Under the pieces are notes generated by a model, which was not told the DNA's origin, searched no databases, and saw nothing but the letters and a program-made list of their open reading frames with translations. Source: an uncultured archaeon (GTDB lineage: Archaea; Asgardarchaeota; Lokiarchaeia; Sigyniarchaeales; SOKP01). From it: DNA of 64,000 nt. The first letter of the stretch is position 1, and each line of letters begins with the position of its first letter. Positions 38,969 through 49,818 of the stretch are shown in pieces. Location: contig CAZALK010000007.1 in assembly GCA_964486045.1 (NCBI GenBank), positions 151,717 to 215,716 on the forward strand, read 5' to 3'. The translations under genes and the position numbers were made by a program.

Positions 38969-40951
38969 CTATATTTCCTCAAGAATTGCATCTATCTGCT
39001 TTTCGTATTGAGGTTCTCTATAATATCTTAAAGTTATTGCCTCAGATGGGCAATTCGAGAGACAAGCGCCACAACCTCTGCATAATATTTCATTTACTTC
39101 GGCCCCGTCATCTTGTACTGTTATGGCATTGTAAGGACAATTTAATTCGCATAACCCGCACTTTGCACACTTTTCTTTATCTTCAACAGCAGCTCTAATT
39201 AAAAGTATGCGATATTTATCATTGCTCATTAACCGGGCTACTGAGGATGCTGCAGCTCTCCCCTGTGCTATTGATTCTACGATTGATTTTGGGCCTTGGC
39301 TCGTTCCCGCTAATGTGATCCCGGGTATTTTTGTATCGATCGGATTTAATCTCGCATGAAATTCCTTAAAAAACCCATCTTGGCTCAATTCAAGTTTTAG
39401 TAATCTCTGGATACTCTCGACGCCTTTAGCAGGTACCATTGAAGCAGAGAGCACAACCATATCGTATTCTAACTCTTTTAAGCCGCTTGAACTTAAAGTA
39501 TTTTGCATCACTATTTTTAGGTTGTGAGTAGTTGGGTCTTCTTTTATTCTACTGATATTAGTTCTTATGTATTTTATACCTTCTTTTCTAGAGGCAGTAA
39601 AATACTCTTCATAGTCTTTCCCAGCTGCTCGCATATCCATGTAAGCTACCGTAATGTCTGAGTCTGGTGAATATTGTTTTATTAATTTACTATTCTTGAT
39701 GGTAATCATACAACAAACTCCAGAGCTACAATACGTATTCATATTCAAATCTCTTGACCCTACACACTGAATAAATAAAATTCTTTTAGGTTCCTTTCCA
39801 TCTGACGGTCGGACAAGATGCCCTAAAGTAGGGCCATTCGGTGCAAGTATTCTTTCAAGTTTTAATTGAGTTATCACATTAGGAAACTTGTCATAGCCTA
39901 GATATCCTTTGGGTGGTTCAAATTCATCCCAACCAGTTGCGACTATAATTGTACCAATTGTTAACTCAATTAATTCATCAGTTTGATCAAAATCAATCGC
40001 GTTTACTTCACACGCGACCTTACAGAGACCACATTTAATACATCTATCCATGTCAATTTGAGCTAAAGCAGGAACTGCTTGTGCGAATGATGAATAAATT
40101 GCTTTCCTTGAATCCAATCCTTCATTAAATTCATTGTATCCAAACGCAGGACAAACCTCCCAGCAAGCTCCGCAACCATTACAATCATTATTTACATATC
40201 GAGCCCTTTTTCGAATTTTCACATTAAAATTTCCAACGAATCCTTGTACATCCTCTACTTCACTATAAGTGTGCAAATTCAAACTTTGTGTTCTCGCTGA
40301 TTGAAGCATAACAGGTCCTAATATTCATATACTGCAATCATCTGTAGGAAACGTGCGATCTAACTGTGCCATTTTCCCCCCAATTGTAGGTTTTGTCTCT
40401 ACTAGATGCACCTCAAATCCTTCTTCAGCTAAATCGATCCCAGCTGATAAACCCGAAACTCCTCCACCAATAATCAAAACTTTTTTTGTTATATCAACTT
40501 CTTTAATCAGTATCTTCTCTAGTACTGCAGCTCTAGCCACAGCAGATCTAATCGCATCTTCAGCAACTTTTTGAGCTCCCTGTTTATCTTGCCTATGAAC
40601 AAAACTAGAATGTTCACGAATATTTGCAAATTCTAAATAAGAAGGGTCAATATTCATCGATTCTAATACACTTTTAAAGACTGGTTCATGAGTTTTTGGT
40701 GTACACGCGACGACTACAAGTCTGTTTGCGTTACTCTCAATCATTTTTTGTTTTATAAACTCTGCTCCGGGCTCAGTTCACATACTTATGTAATCGAATG
40801 CATCAACAACATTGGGTAGAGTTTTTGCAAATTCTGCCAAATTTTCAGTGTCTATAATTTCGGCTATATTTAAACCTCATCGGCATACAGATACAGCGAT
40901 TCTTGGTGTATCATCATCTTTTTGAACTGTGTCATTTTTAGATTCTACCAT
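38969..40951 (-). CDS. hdrA: Heterodisulfide reductase subunit A, selenoprotein (U25, U58, U209), 660 aa
   Basis: One continuous frame through TGA at 40877-79 (VCRUGLNIA), 40778-80 (SMUTEPG) and 40325-27 (FPTDDCSIUILGP). Also GGGVSG FAD motif, QCVGSRD and ferredoxin CxxCxxCxxxCP motifs. Confidence 0.93.
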
Positions 40952-41139
40952 TGCATATATTACCTTTTTTTTTTATAATTTCCTCCAATAAATTATTTTA
41001 TTATAATTTTATTAGGTATTTATCTATACTAATTAAATAAATTTAAAAAAAATATCTTTTATAAAAGATATAAGAAACAATAAAAACTATTTTGAAAAAA
41101 AATATAACTTAACCAGTTTTCATCAAGTATAATTAATAA

Positions 41140-41571
41140 GTGATCTCTATGTTGTTTCAAACAATAGATATTATTCCGTACATACCATTTATTATCGCAG
41201 GGGTGTTGCTGGGAAGTGGTGTTCTAATTCTAAAGATTGGTTTGGCTGTAACCAAAGCGGAATCAAAAACTAATATGAAATGGGTTGTTGGTAGTTTCTT
41301 TATTCAATTTGGTGTCATTCTTTTTATTAGCACTCCAATGTTTTTCGATATGTTTTTACACCCGAATTTTGGAACACCAAATTTTATTTATCCCATACCC
41401 CCATCAGTAATAACTATGATAGTTATTTTTTCTATTTTTATAGTGTTAAACTTGATTAATACTATCCATAAGCCAGGAATTATCCGTTCATTTGTTATAA
41501 CGTTACTGATTTTGGGTCCTATTATAATAAGTAGTTATTTAATTTTTAATAATATTGGAAATGTCCTTTAA
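41140..41571 (+). CDS. Hypothetical multi-pass membrane protein
   Basis: About 4 hydrophobic segments. Confidence 0.6.
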   Translation: MISMLFQTIDIIPYIPFIIAGVLLGSGVLILKIGLAVTKAESKTNMKWVVGSFFIQFGVILFISTPMFFDMFLHPNFGTPNFIYPIPPSVITMIVIFSIFIVLNLINTIHKPGIIRSFVITLLILGPIIISSYLIFNNIGNVL

Positions 41572-41601
41572 CCTATGTTGAGCTTTGACTTAGTTATTTT
41601 A

Positions 41602-42522
41602 TTATAACCCAATTTCTTTATTAATTCTTCTATTCATTTCAATAATCTCAGCTTTAGCTGCTTTGCTAAAGTCTTCTTGAGAATATTTTTTATTTTTATT
41701 GTAAGCGTAAATTATTCCTCGTGAGGAATTCACGATCCCTCCTAAACCATTATTATTAAATCCATTTTTAATATCACTCGCTCGAGCTCCTTGAGCACCA
41801 TATCCGGGAAGTAAGAGGAATGAATTTTTTACAATTTCTCGAATCTTTTTTAATTCAGCAGGGTATGTTGCACCAACTACAGTTCCTAAATTTGTGAAAT
41901 CATTAAATTTCTTTAATTTTTTACTCCAGTCTTGAATTAATTCTGCCATCTGAATATAATTTCTTTTTAATTTTATAGTTTTCATTGTTATTTCTGTTGT
42001 ATTACTAGAAATATTGTTCACCCTGGCACTAAATAAATCTTGAAAATCAGAACTGCTTGAATTTGAGGTTTTTGCGAGAACGAATACTCCTTTCTGTTTA
42101 TAATCTAAAAATGGCTTTACCCCATCGATTCCTAAATATGCATTGATTGTACAAGCATCAGAACCGTAATTTTTAAACATTGAATCAGCATATGCTTTAG
42201 AAGTAGATCCAATATCATTTCTTTTTGCATCCAGTATAACTAAGATATCCTTTTTGTGGGCGAACTTTATTGTTTCCTTTAAAGCATTTAAGGCCTCATA
42301 TTTTTCATAAAAAGCAATCTGAGGTTTAATAATAGGAATTAAATCAAAAACTTCTTCGATTAAAATCTTGTTAAATTCTAAAATTATTTTGTCTGGTTGA
42401 TCCAACTCATCAATTAGATATTGAGGAATTTCACCTTCTTTATCCATTCTAGGATCTAATCCCATAGAAACAACGCTTTGCTTCTCTTCTATTAATTGAA
42501 TTAGACGCTCAATAAAAAACAT
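41602..42522 (-). CDS. pyrF: Orotidine-5'-phosphate decarboxylase (type 2)
   Basis: MGLDP, KPQIAFYE, ILDAKRNDIGST, VVGATYP, LLPGYGAQG and VNSSRGII. Confidence 0.95.
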   Translation of the reverse strand: MFFIERLIQLIEEKQSVVSMGLDPRMDKEGEIPQYLIDELDQPDKIILEFNKILIEEVFDLIPIIKPQIAFYEKYEALNALKETIKFAHKKDILVILDAKRNDIGSTSKAYADSMFKNYGSDACTINAYLGIDGVKPFLDYKQKGVFVLAKTSNSSSSDFQDLFSARVNNISSNTTEITMKTIKLKRNYIQMAELIQDWSKKLKKFNDFTNLGTVVGATYPAELKKIREIVKNSFLLLPGYGAQGARASDIKNGFNNNGLGGIVNSSRGIIYAYNKNKKYSQEDFSKAAKAEIIEMNRRINKEIGL

Positions 42523-43302
42523 GATTTTTCTAATTTAATTGTGTATTTTAAATAATCTTGGAAATGCACTTAATAATTATTGACAATGAATGATCAAATT
42601 TTAGAAATTTTTGGCAATGATATTATATTCTTAAATCTCACAAAATTCTCCATCTGAATATAAGTAGGAAGTGGTTTCTAAAAAAATTAGCGTTTGGAGT
42701 GTCTTCTTATTGAAATCAAATTTTTCAATTAATAATCAACGATTAGACTTAAAAATCTTCTTAGCTCAAATCTTCCATTCGACATTTAATCTCTCACACC
42801 TTCCTGTAATTCTTCTTAATTGATGAAATTCTTTTCTAAAAAGATGATACAATCCATCCAATCCAACTTACTCTTCAAACGTGGAAATTTTTTTACTTTC
42901 AAGTAGCAGTTTGAGGACAAAACTGTTTTTAAAATACCATTCTATCCTTATAGTTGTTACTTGTGTATCGCACTCCCATTAATTCTCATCCCCTTCCTTG
43001 ATCCTTACAGTATCATTATTGGTTTCTCATGGTTCACCCTTGGAGTACTAATTCACCTTTTCAGGAGTAAAAGAAGAAAAAGAAGAAAAGCTTAGGTACC
43101 ATTCTTCAATTAGTTCCATTACTATTCTTACTTTATTTCCCTACTTCTACTTCAGGCATTATTTACGTTAGTGATTCTCCGAAATTCTTTTTTTTCTCAT
43201 TTAAAATCTATGTGATTATGCTTCTCATTTCCGAGTTCTTCAATCTGGTTGAATAATGAACCATTTATCTTTTTCTTTAACGCTACAGCAACACAATAGT
43301 TT

Positions 43303-44460
43303 TTAATTATTGATCTCCTGTTCATTAGATTTAACCTTTTCTTTAAATATGGGTCTAGAAGTATCTATAACTCCATTGATAAAATCTTCCGTTAAACAAT
43401 AAGCCTCATCATCTGTATATTGTATAGGAGGGTGTTTTGTAAAGTAAGCAGAAGGAGAATATAAAACACCTCCTTCATTTCGATCAAGTGCTAATTTACA
43501 ACATCTTATGGCATCTATTACAGTCCCTGCAGAATTTGGTGAATCCTCAACAGAAAGACGGAGTTCTAGGTCGATAGGAATATCTCCAAAAATATTACCT
43601 TCCATTCTGAGGAAACAGACTTTATTGTCTTTTTGCCAAGGAACCCAATCACTTGGTCCTATATGGATATTTTCATCACTTAAACGATCTGCTGTTTGTG
43701 ATTGAACCGCCTCTGTTTTAGAAATTTTTTTGGAGATCAATCTATTTCTGTCAAGCATGTTAAGAAAGTCTGTATTTCCTCCTGTATTGAGTTGATATGT
43801 TCGCTTTAGTTTTACTCCTCTCTTTTTGAAAAGATCAGTTAAAACACGATGAACTATCGTCGCTCCTATCTGAGATTTGATGTCATCTCCAATTATTGGG
43901 ATTCCCTTCTTTTTGAATTTAATGCTCCACTTAGAATCACTAGCAATGAAGACAGGAATACAATTTATAAAACCAACTTCTGCTTCTAAAGCACATTCAG
44001 TATAAAATTTTGCAGCTCTTTCAGAACCGACGGGTAAATAATTTATGACCATATCAGCCTTAGAATTTTTAAGCTCTTGAATTATTTCTTTCTTTGTAGA
44101 TTCTTTTTGAGTAGATAAAACAAAGGTTAAATTTTTATCATGACTTCCCATATGTTCAGCATAACCATCTAAAACCTTTCCCATTTTTACAATAACGTTT
44201 GTTTTTGGAATTTCGGGGTAAAATATCTTAGTACAATTTGGTGCTTGAAAAATGGCTTCTGCTACATCCTTTCCGACTTTTCTTTGATCTATATCAAATG
44301 CGGCAACAACCATAATATCTCCAGGCTTATAACCTCCTATATCCCAATGCATCAAACCAATGCAATTATTTTGATTTTTACTTTTATAGTATTCAATACC
44401 TTGAATTAAAGACGAAGCACAATTACCAATTCCAACAATAGCTATTTTAATTTTACTCAT
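43303..44460 (-). CDS. ino1: myo-inositol-1(3)-phosphate synthase
   Basis: IVGIGNCASSLIQG, NYLPVGS, GDDIKSQIGAT, QLNTGGNTDFLNM and DSPNSAG. Confidence 0.95.
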   Translation of the reverse strand: MSKIKIAIVGIGNCASSLIQGIEYYKSKNQNNCIGLMHWDIGGYKPGDIMVVAAFDIDQRKVGKDVAEAIFQAPNCTKIFYPEIPKTNVIVKMGKVLDGYAEHMGSHDKNLTFVLSTQKESTKKEIIQELKNSKADMVINYLPVGSERAAKFYTECALEAEVGFINCIPVFIASDSKWSIKFKKKGIPIIGDDIKSQIGATIVHRVLTDLFKKRGVKLKRTYQLNTGGNTDFLNMLDRNRLISKKISKTEAVQSQTADRLSDENIHIGPSDWVPWQKDNKVCFLRMEGNIFGDIPIDLELRLSVEDSPNSAGTVIDAIRCCKLALDRNEGGVLYSPSAYFTKHPPIQYTDDEAYCLTEDFINGVIDTSRPIFKEKVKSNEQEINN

Positions 44461-44483
44461 TACAACATCTCTCCTTAAATTTT

Positions 44484-44729
44484 TTATGTTACTTTATTTA
44501 AATTCAAATTATCTGATTTTTTTGATATAATAAATATAAATTTTATTCCACTTTTATTTAAGATATTAATATTTCTTTCTAAAATCGAAACGCCACATAA
44601 CTTTTTCATATAAAAAGGTTGATCTTTAATAAAAAATGGATTATTTGGTAAAACAATAATACCAATATTAAAAAAATCTTGATTTTCTGCTTTACTTTGA
44701 ATAAAATCTTGTTTCATTTTCACATTCAT
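44484..44729 (-). pseudogene. Short or truncated NTP-transferase-like N-terminal fragment
   Basis: KKLCGVSILERNINILNKSGIKFIFII resembles the first half of a nucleotidyltransferase Rossmann fold, but the ORF ends at 81 aa. Confidence 0.45.
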
Positions 44730-45550
44730 TTCTTTTTTCCTTTATATGAGATATGTTTTGAAGGGTACAAACCAAAAGGATGTATATTAGAAGAATCACC
44801 AAAAAGTTCTCTTAGCTTTTGATATATTGAAGAATTATCTACATCTAACCAAAAGACATTTGGAAAATCAAAATAACTTACATCAAGTCCAGATTCAATA
44901 GCTAAAAGAATAACATTTGTTACTCCAAATTTATAAGTATCTAATTTTATTTCCTGACAAATATTACGAATAACTTTCGTCCTTAATAGAAAAGCTCCCA
45001 TATCTAATCGGTTATACTTAGGTATCTCTTTACCAATATTGGTAATAAAAGAATTAAGTCCGTATATTTTAGTAGCATCTTCTAATTTATAAGGGTCTTT
45101 TAAATTTATGGGATCTGTAGCTAAGAGAATATCATATCTGTGATAATTCATTACCAATTGAGAAAAAATGTTTTCTGAGAAAATGTGGTCTGCCATTGAT
45201 AATAATGTATATTCAGAGGAGATTGCTTTTAAACCTAAAAAAAGACTATAACCGTTTTCCCTTTTTGGAGTTTTATTTTCAATTATATTTAATTTAAAAT
45301 TTTTAAAATCAATTCCCAGTTTTCCTATGGAATTTAAGAGAATTTGTTTATATTTTGATTTATTTGAAATTTTACTAGCTATAATATTAATTTTTCTAAT
45401 TCCAGTTTTAATCATTCCACCAATAATATAACTTAGAATATTCGAATTATTTACATTTAATAAATATTTTTTAAATGCATTATCCATCGAATTAAATCGA
45501 TTAGAAAAACCCGCTGCGAGGATTAAACCCTCGATTTTTCTATTCCTCAT
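44726..45550 (-). CDS. Sugar/inositol-phosphate nucleotidyltransferase (IPCT-like)
   Basis: LILAAGFSNRF, ENGYSL, LSMADHIF, EDATK, DMGAF and WLDVD; adjacent to ino1. Confidence 0.8.
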   Translation of the reverse strand: MRNRKIEGLILAAGFSNRFNSMDNAFKKYLLNVNNSNILSYIIGGMIKTGIRKINIIASKISNKSKYKQILLNSIGKLGIDFKNFKLNIIENKTPKRENGYSLFLGLKAISSEYTLLSMADHIFSENIFSQLVMNYHRYDILLATDPINLKDPYKLEDATKIYGLNSFITNIGKEIPKYNRLDMGAFLLRTKVIRNICQEIKLDTYKFGVTNVILLAIESGLDVSYFDFPNVFWLDVDNSSIYQKLRELFGDSSNIHPFGLYPSKHISYKGKKK

Positions 45551-45897
45551 TTTTAAATATGTTTGGTGAAACCAAAACCTTTATTATTTTATTTAGAACT
45601 TTTTTTACATTACTATATGAAAATTTTAATTAAATTAATTACCCTTTAAGCTAAATGATCAATAATTTAGGACGTTTTAAAGGATTATTAATAAAAATAT
45701 CGGTGAATATTAATAAATTCACGAAACTTTTGGGGTATTCAATTTATTTATGAAATAATATAAATCAACTTTAATTAAAAATTTTCTCATAAAATACGTT
45801 ATTTATTTATATTTAAAAGAGATTATAACAAAAAAAGAAATCCAAAGTTAAGAAATTATCTACTTGATTTAATGTACATTGAATATATTTTTTGATA

Positions 45898-47082
45898 TCA
45901 GAAATCGACCTTGATAGTATAATTTAATTGAAGAGTTGCATAATGACTTGCTAATCCAAGAGATTGGACTCTCTCCAAAATACCTTCTACTCTGTAACCG
46001 CGAGGGAAATTCCACAAGTCTTCATATACATCGGTACTAGAACCGCACTTTAAAAAAAATATTCTTCCCTCAGGAAAAAAAACGACTTTTTCAAGACGAT
46101 CTACTCCAGGTAATTCATGACCACCTCCATGAGAAACCATATTAAGGTTTAAAAGGTAATTATAAGCCCATTCTTCAATTGATCTTGAACCAAAGCATTC
46201 TTCGATTTTTTCTGAAGAAAGATTCTTTTTACCTTTAACTAGATAAGCTCTATTAATTAATGATATCACAGAAATTTCTCCCTCTTCAACCACATCACAG
46301 CCAATAATTGCTTCATTAAGTCCTTTTAAATCACAGTGATTATGGTTTGCTATTATTTCACCATCAAAAATCTCTTCAAAGAGATTCTGACGTTTTCTTT
46401 TAGAAAAGTCGCTTGCATACTTGCAATATTTTTCATATTTCTTCGCATCTTTTCCTCGCAAAACACGTGTTATACCAAGGGATGTTTCTATTTCTTCACT
46501 CCTCTCTCGAACTAAATCTTTTAATTGATTCCGCATTTTATTTGAAGATGTGTGTAAAACTGCAACTTTTTTCTGTAAGTCTAGGTTTTTATAGTTTTTA
46601 ACATCATATACCTTCAAAAAATGACTTCCTGGCCAAAAATAAGATCTTTCTATCTCTATATTATCGATTTCATATTTTTTTTCTCTCATTTCATATAAGA
46701 TGTTCAAAATTCTCTCAAGACTTAAATCATCTTCTACTATGCCAACTAGCATACCACAAAAATCTATATCTAAGCTTGCTGGAACAAAATCATATGTATT
46801 ATCTCCCCATGTGAACCGTGCTCCTTCAGGAATTCCTCTACGAAATTTGTCAGAAGATGTTTGGAAAGTGAAACCAGGTGCTCCGACGACCATAGCTTTT
46901 TTTTCATACCCTAACTTTTCTTGAATAGAATGTATATTAGCTATGAACCACTTTGCATTCTCTCTACCAATCTCTTCTGCTACATCTTTTAGCCCCAAAC
47001 TGAAGAGATTTTTTTCAGCAAAACTCATTTTTTCATCAAATTCTTTTCTTTTAAGTGGAAAATTTCTCAATTCATATTTCAT
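45898..47082 (-). CDS. Divergent RtcB-like protein
   Basis: DIDFCGM, GSHF, LHTSS, HNH, SHGGGH and a terminal IK parallel the RtcB D/C, H, H, H, guanylylated H and C-terminal K, in the same order. Confidence 0.65.
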   Translation of the reverse strand: MKYELRNFPLKRKEFDEKMSFAEKNLFSLGLKDVAEEIGRENAKWFIANIHSIQEKLGYEKKAMVVGAPGFTFQTSSDKFRRGIPEGARFTWGDNTYDFVPASLDIDFCGMLVGIVEDDLSLERILNILYEMREKKYEIDNIEIERSYFWPGSHFLKVYDVKNYKNLDLQKKVAVLHTSSNKMRNQLKDLVRERSEEIETSLGITRVLRGKDAKKYEKYCKYASDFSKRKRQNLFEEIFDGEIIANHNHCDLKGLNEAIIGCDVVEEGEISVISLINRAYLVKGKKNLSSEKIEECFGSRSIEEWAYNYLLNLNMVSHGGGHELPGVDRLEKVVFFPEGRIFFLKCGSSTDVYEDLWNFPRGYRVEGILERVQSLGLASHYATLQLNYTIKVDF

Positions 47083-47092
47083 CTAATCACTC

Positions 47093-48367
47093 TCATCCAT
47101 CTAATAGAGGTAATTTATCTACTGAAATTAAAGATTCTGCAAGTTCTATATGTTTTAAGGCCTGATTCTCCCAATTATAAGTCCTAGCATACTTGCTAGC
47201 TCTTTTCTTCATTAAATCTTTAGACTCAGAATTGGCTATAAATCGCTCTATTTCATTTAGAAAATCTTTGTAAGTGTTCAGCGCAGGATAACCACACATT
47301 TTAAGAGTTTCGCCTACGCCCTCGACTTTTCTACCAATAATTGTGGCACCAATACCAATAGCGTGAGCTAGTTTTCCACTCTGCCTGCAATCTTCTTGCC
47401 ACATATGAACTACGTCTAAAGCCCTTAGTGATTTCGCGAATAATCTTTCAGGCACATAGGTTTCAAAGAAGTAGAAGTTATTCACAGGATTGTGTAGATT
47501 TTTAAGTCTTTGTAGATAGCTAATTTTTGGTTTAGATTGTAAGCTTAGAGTTCCAATATATAAACCAACTATATTCTTGATAGGGAATTTTTTTTGAAAA
47601 AGTTTTATAGTAGAATGGATATTAGTTGAAAGTTTTCTATTTTCTATGAACCCTACATCTCCAAATGTAATAGTAATCTTTCTAAAAATCTTTGAATTTA
47701 AATCTTCTAGGCTTTTTTGCCAATCTTGGTTTAATTCATTTTCACTCTCAAGCCAACTTAAAATATCTTTTTTAGCATTCTCCTGACTTATTCGAGGATA
47801 TGACGGGACACCATGTCTAATTAAAACCGTCCTATCTTTATACTCAGGGAATGCTTTAGTAATTGCCATATAAGCCCCATTTGTGAATACAGTATTCACA
47901 TCTATATAAGGTAATTCGTTTTTAAGTAATTCATATTGCCATTTTTTAAGACCATATTTGGTTTCGGGACTCTGAAAATTAAGAGTGTGATGTGTAACGA
48001 TTATGTTTTCAACTTTCTTCTTCTTGAAAAATTTCAACATCTTCACAAATTTTGGACGATTTCTCCAAAAGCTATCACCTTGTTGTATCCACAAAACATA
48101 ATTATCTCCAGATCTAAATAATTTAGTTAAACTGTCAATGATCAGATTGAAATTATAATCATTATCGCTAGGGATGATATACAGAACTGGATACTCACAT
48201 TCTACTTTTTTCTCCTTCATTATAGGAAATTCACAAGCATTAGGATCAAAACTTATTATTGCACAGTCACAACCTTTTTCATATAAAGCATCCATTAAAT
48301 ACTTGGTATAAGATCCTATTCCATGTATCATTGGCGGAAAAGCAGACATAAAGATAATTTTAGTCAT
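47093..48367 (-). CDS. Glycosyltransferase, GT-B fold (GT4-like)
   Basis: SAFPPMIHGIGSYT, VTHHT, IRHGVP, QSGKLAHA and YNWENQA. Confidence 0.8.
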   Translation of the reverse strand: MTKIIFMSAFPPMIHGIGSYTKYLMDALYEKGCDCAIISFDPNACEFPIMKEKKVECEYPVLYIIPSDNDYNFNLIIDSLTKLFRSGDNYVLWIQQGDSFWRNRPKFVKMLKFFKKKKVENIIVTHHTLNFQSPETKYGLKKWQYELLKNELPYIDVNTVFTNGAYMAITKAFPEYKDRTVLIRHGVPSYPRISQENAKKDILSWLESENELNQDWQKSLEDLNSKIFRKITITFGDVGFIENRKLSTNIHSTIKLFQKKFPIKNIVGLYIGTLSLQSKPKISYLQRLKNLHNPVNNFYFFETYVPERLFAKSLRALDVVHMWQEDCRQSGKLAHAIGIGATIIGRKVEGVGETLKMCGYPALNTYKDFLNEIERFIANSESKDLMKKRASKYARTYNWENQALKHIELAESLISVDKLPLLDG

Positions 48368-48648
48368 AGAACTATTTTTAACCTATTCATCATGTTTTAA
48401 TTAATATTTTATAAGTATATTTAAGCATGTATTTTTACTCAAATTAAATCTATAATTGCCTAGAAAATCTTTTAAGCGATTATTCTTAGTCAATATATTT
48501 ATCGAATTAATTATTTTAAAGATTTGGTTAATTCTTAATAAGGTATATATTTTTTCTAATAAAACAATAATTTCTATCAAGTTTATTATTAGATTAAAGT
48601 TTATCTATACATACTCATGAAGATTATCTTATACCTAAGGCAAAGGTT

Positions 48649-49344
48649 ATGATCGACCTAACAATATTGGCAATACTTATAATTGCTGTAATAATGGGAG
48701 TAACAGACTTTATCGGTCATAGAATTTCGGGTTTAGCTGCAGGACATCGCGATTCTGTTCTGAGTTTCAGCGCAGGATTGCTCATTTCTCTATTATTTCT
48801 GATTTTGGTGCCCGACGTTACTTCTAGGGGATTTTCTGAACTTTTATTTCTTTTCATGCTGGTTGGTTTTTTACTAATGCACCTTGCTGAGAAATACATA
48901 TATAAACATATAATGAATAAGCAAGAACTATTAGAAGACCTAAAAGTAGTACACATTATTGGATTTGGTTTAGATAATTTTTTGGTAGGATTCATTATTG
49001 CTTCATTAGTCGAATTAGATTTTTTCCTAGTCCTCAATTTATCAGTTCCGTTATTTCTACAGATGTTAACCTCCTCCATCTCCTTGGATTCAATAGATAC
49101 TCGGTTAAAAGAAAAATATAGCAAAATCATTCTTTCAGTTTTACCTATATTGGGTGCTATTTTAGGACTTGTATTAGAATTTGAGCATTTGGTAACAAAT
49201 TATGTACTGGCATTTGTTTTAGGAATACTATTTTATATGATAGTTCGAGACGTTCTTCCTCAAGGAAGAAGGGGAAGCTCTGTTTTGTTTATTTCCGGTA
49301 ATTTAATTACAATCTCCCTTTGGTTAATTCGAATTTTAGTTTGA
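48649..49344 (+). CDS. ZIP-family-like metal transporter
   Basis: SFSAGLLISLLFLILVP, LAEKYIY, DNFLVG and GILFYMIVRDVLP; about 8 TM segments. Confidence 0.65.
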   Translation: MIDLTILAILIIAVIMGVTDFIGHRISGLAAGHRDSVLSFSAGLLISLLFLILVPDVTSRGFSELLFLFMLVGFLLMHLAEKYIYKHIMNKQELLEDLKVVHIIGFGLDNFLVGFIIASLVELDFFLVLNLSVPLFLQMLTSSISLDSIDTRLKEKYSKIILSVLPILGAILGLVLEFEHLVTNYVLAFVLGILFYMIVRDVLPQGRRGSSVLFISGNLITISLWLIRILV

Positions 49345-49818
49345 AAAATTTCATTTAATAAAACTTAAATTCTTAGAGAAATTGTTATTGAATTTGCTAT
49401 ATTATTCATTTCTAATTTCCTTGAAGTAAAAGTTAAGCATGAAAACTCTTTAATGAAAAATTTACTCCTATTTACCCTGATTTAATTAAAAAGAATTGAG
49501 TTTATGCTAATTATTAAGTTTAATAAATCTCACCAGTAATATAGTTTAAATAGGTATGAGTAATTTAAATCTACGACAAAAAAATTATATCGTATTGTTT
49601 GAGTACATTTTCGATTTTATATTCTAGTTTAAAATTGGATTCATCATTTTTTTTTTTTCTCCTGACATATTATTACCTAAAAGAAATAATTGTTAATTAA
49701 GCATCTTTAACCATTTATTTATATTTATAGAATTTAAAATTACTATTAAAAAAAATTAATGAGCTTCAATTCCTAACTATAATATCTTAAAAATAAGAAT
49801 AAATTATTATCGGTTAAA

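Noticed and set aside
38969-40744. hdrA as a pseudogene or separate ORFs, as in the track
   Set aside because: All interruptions are TGA at conserved Cys positions and a SECIS is present.
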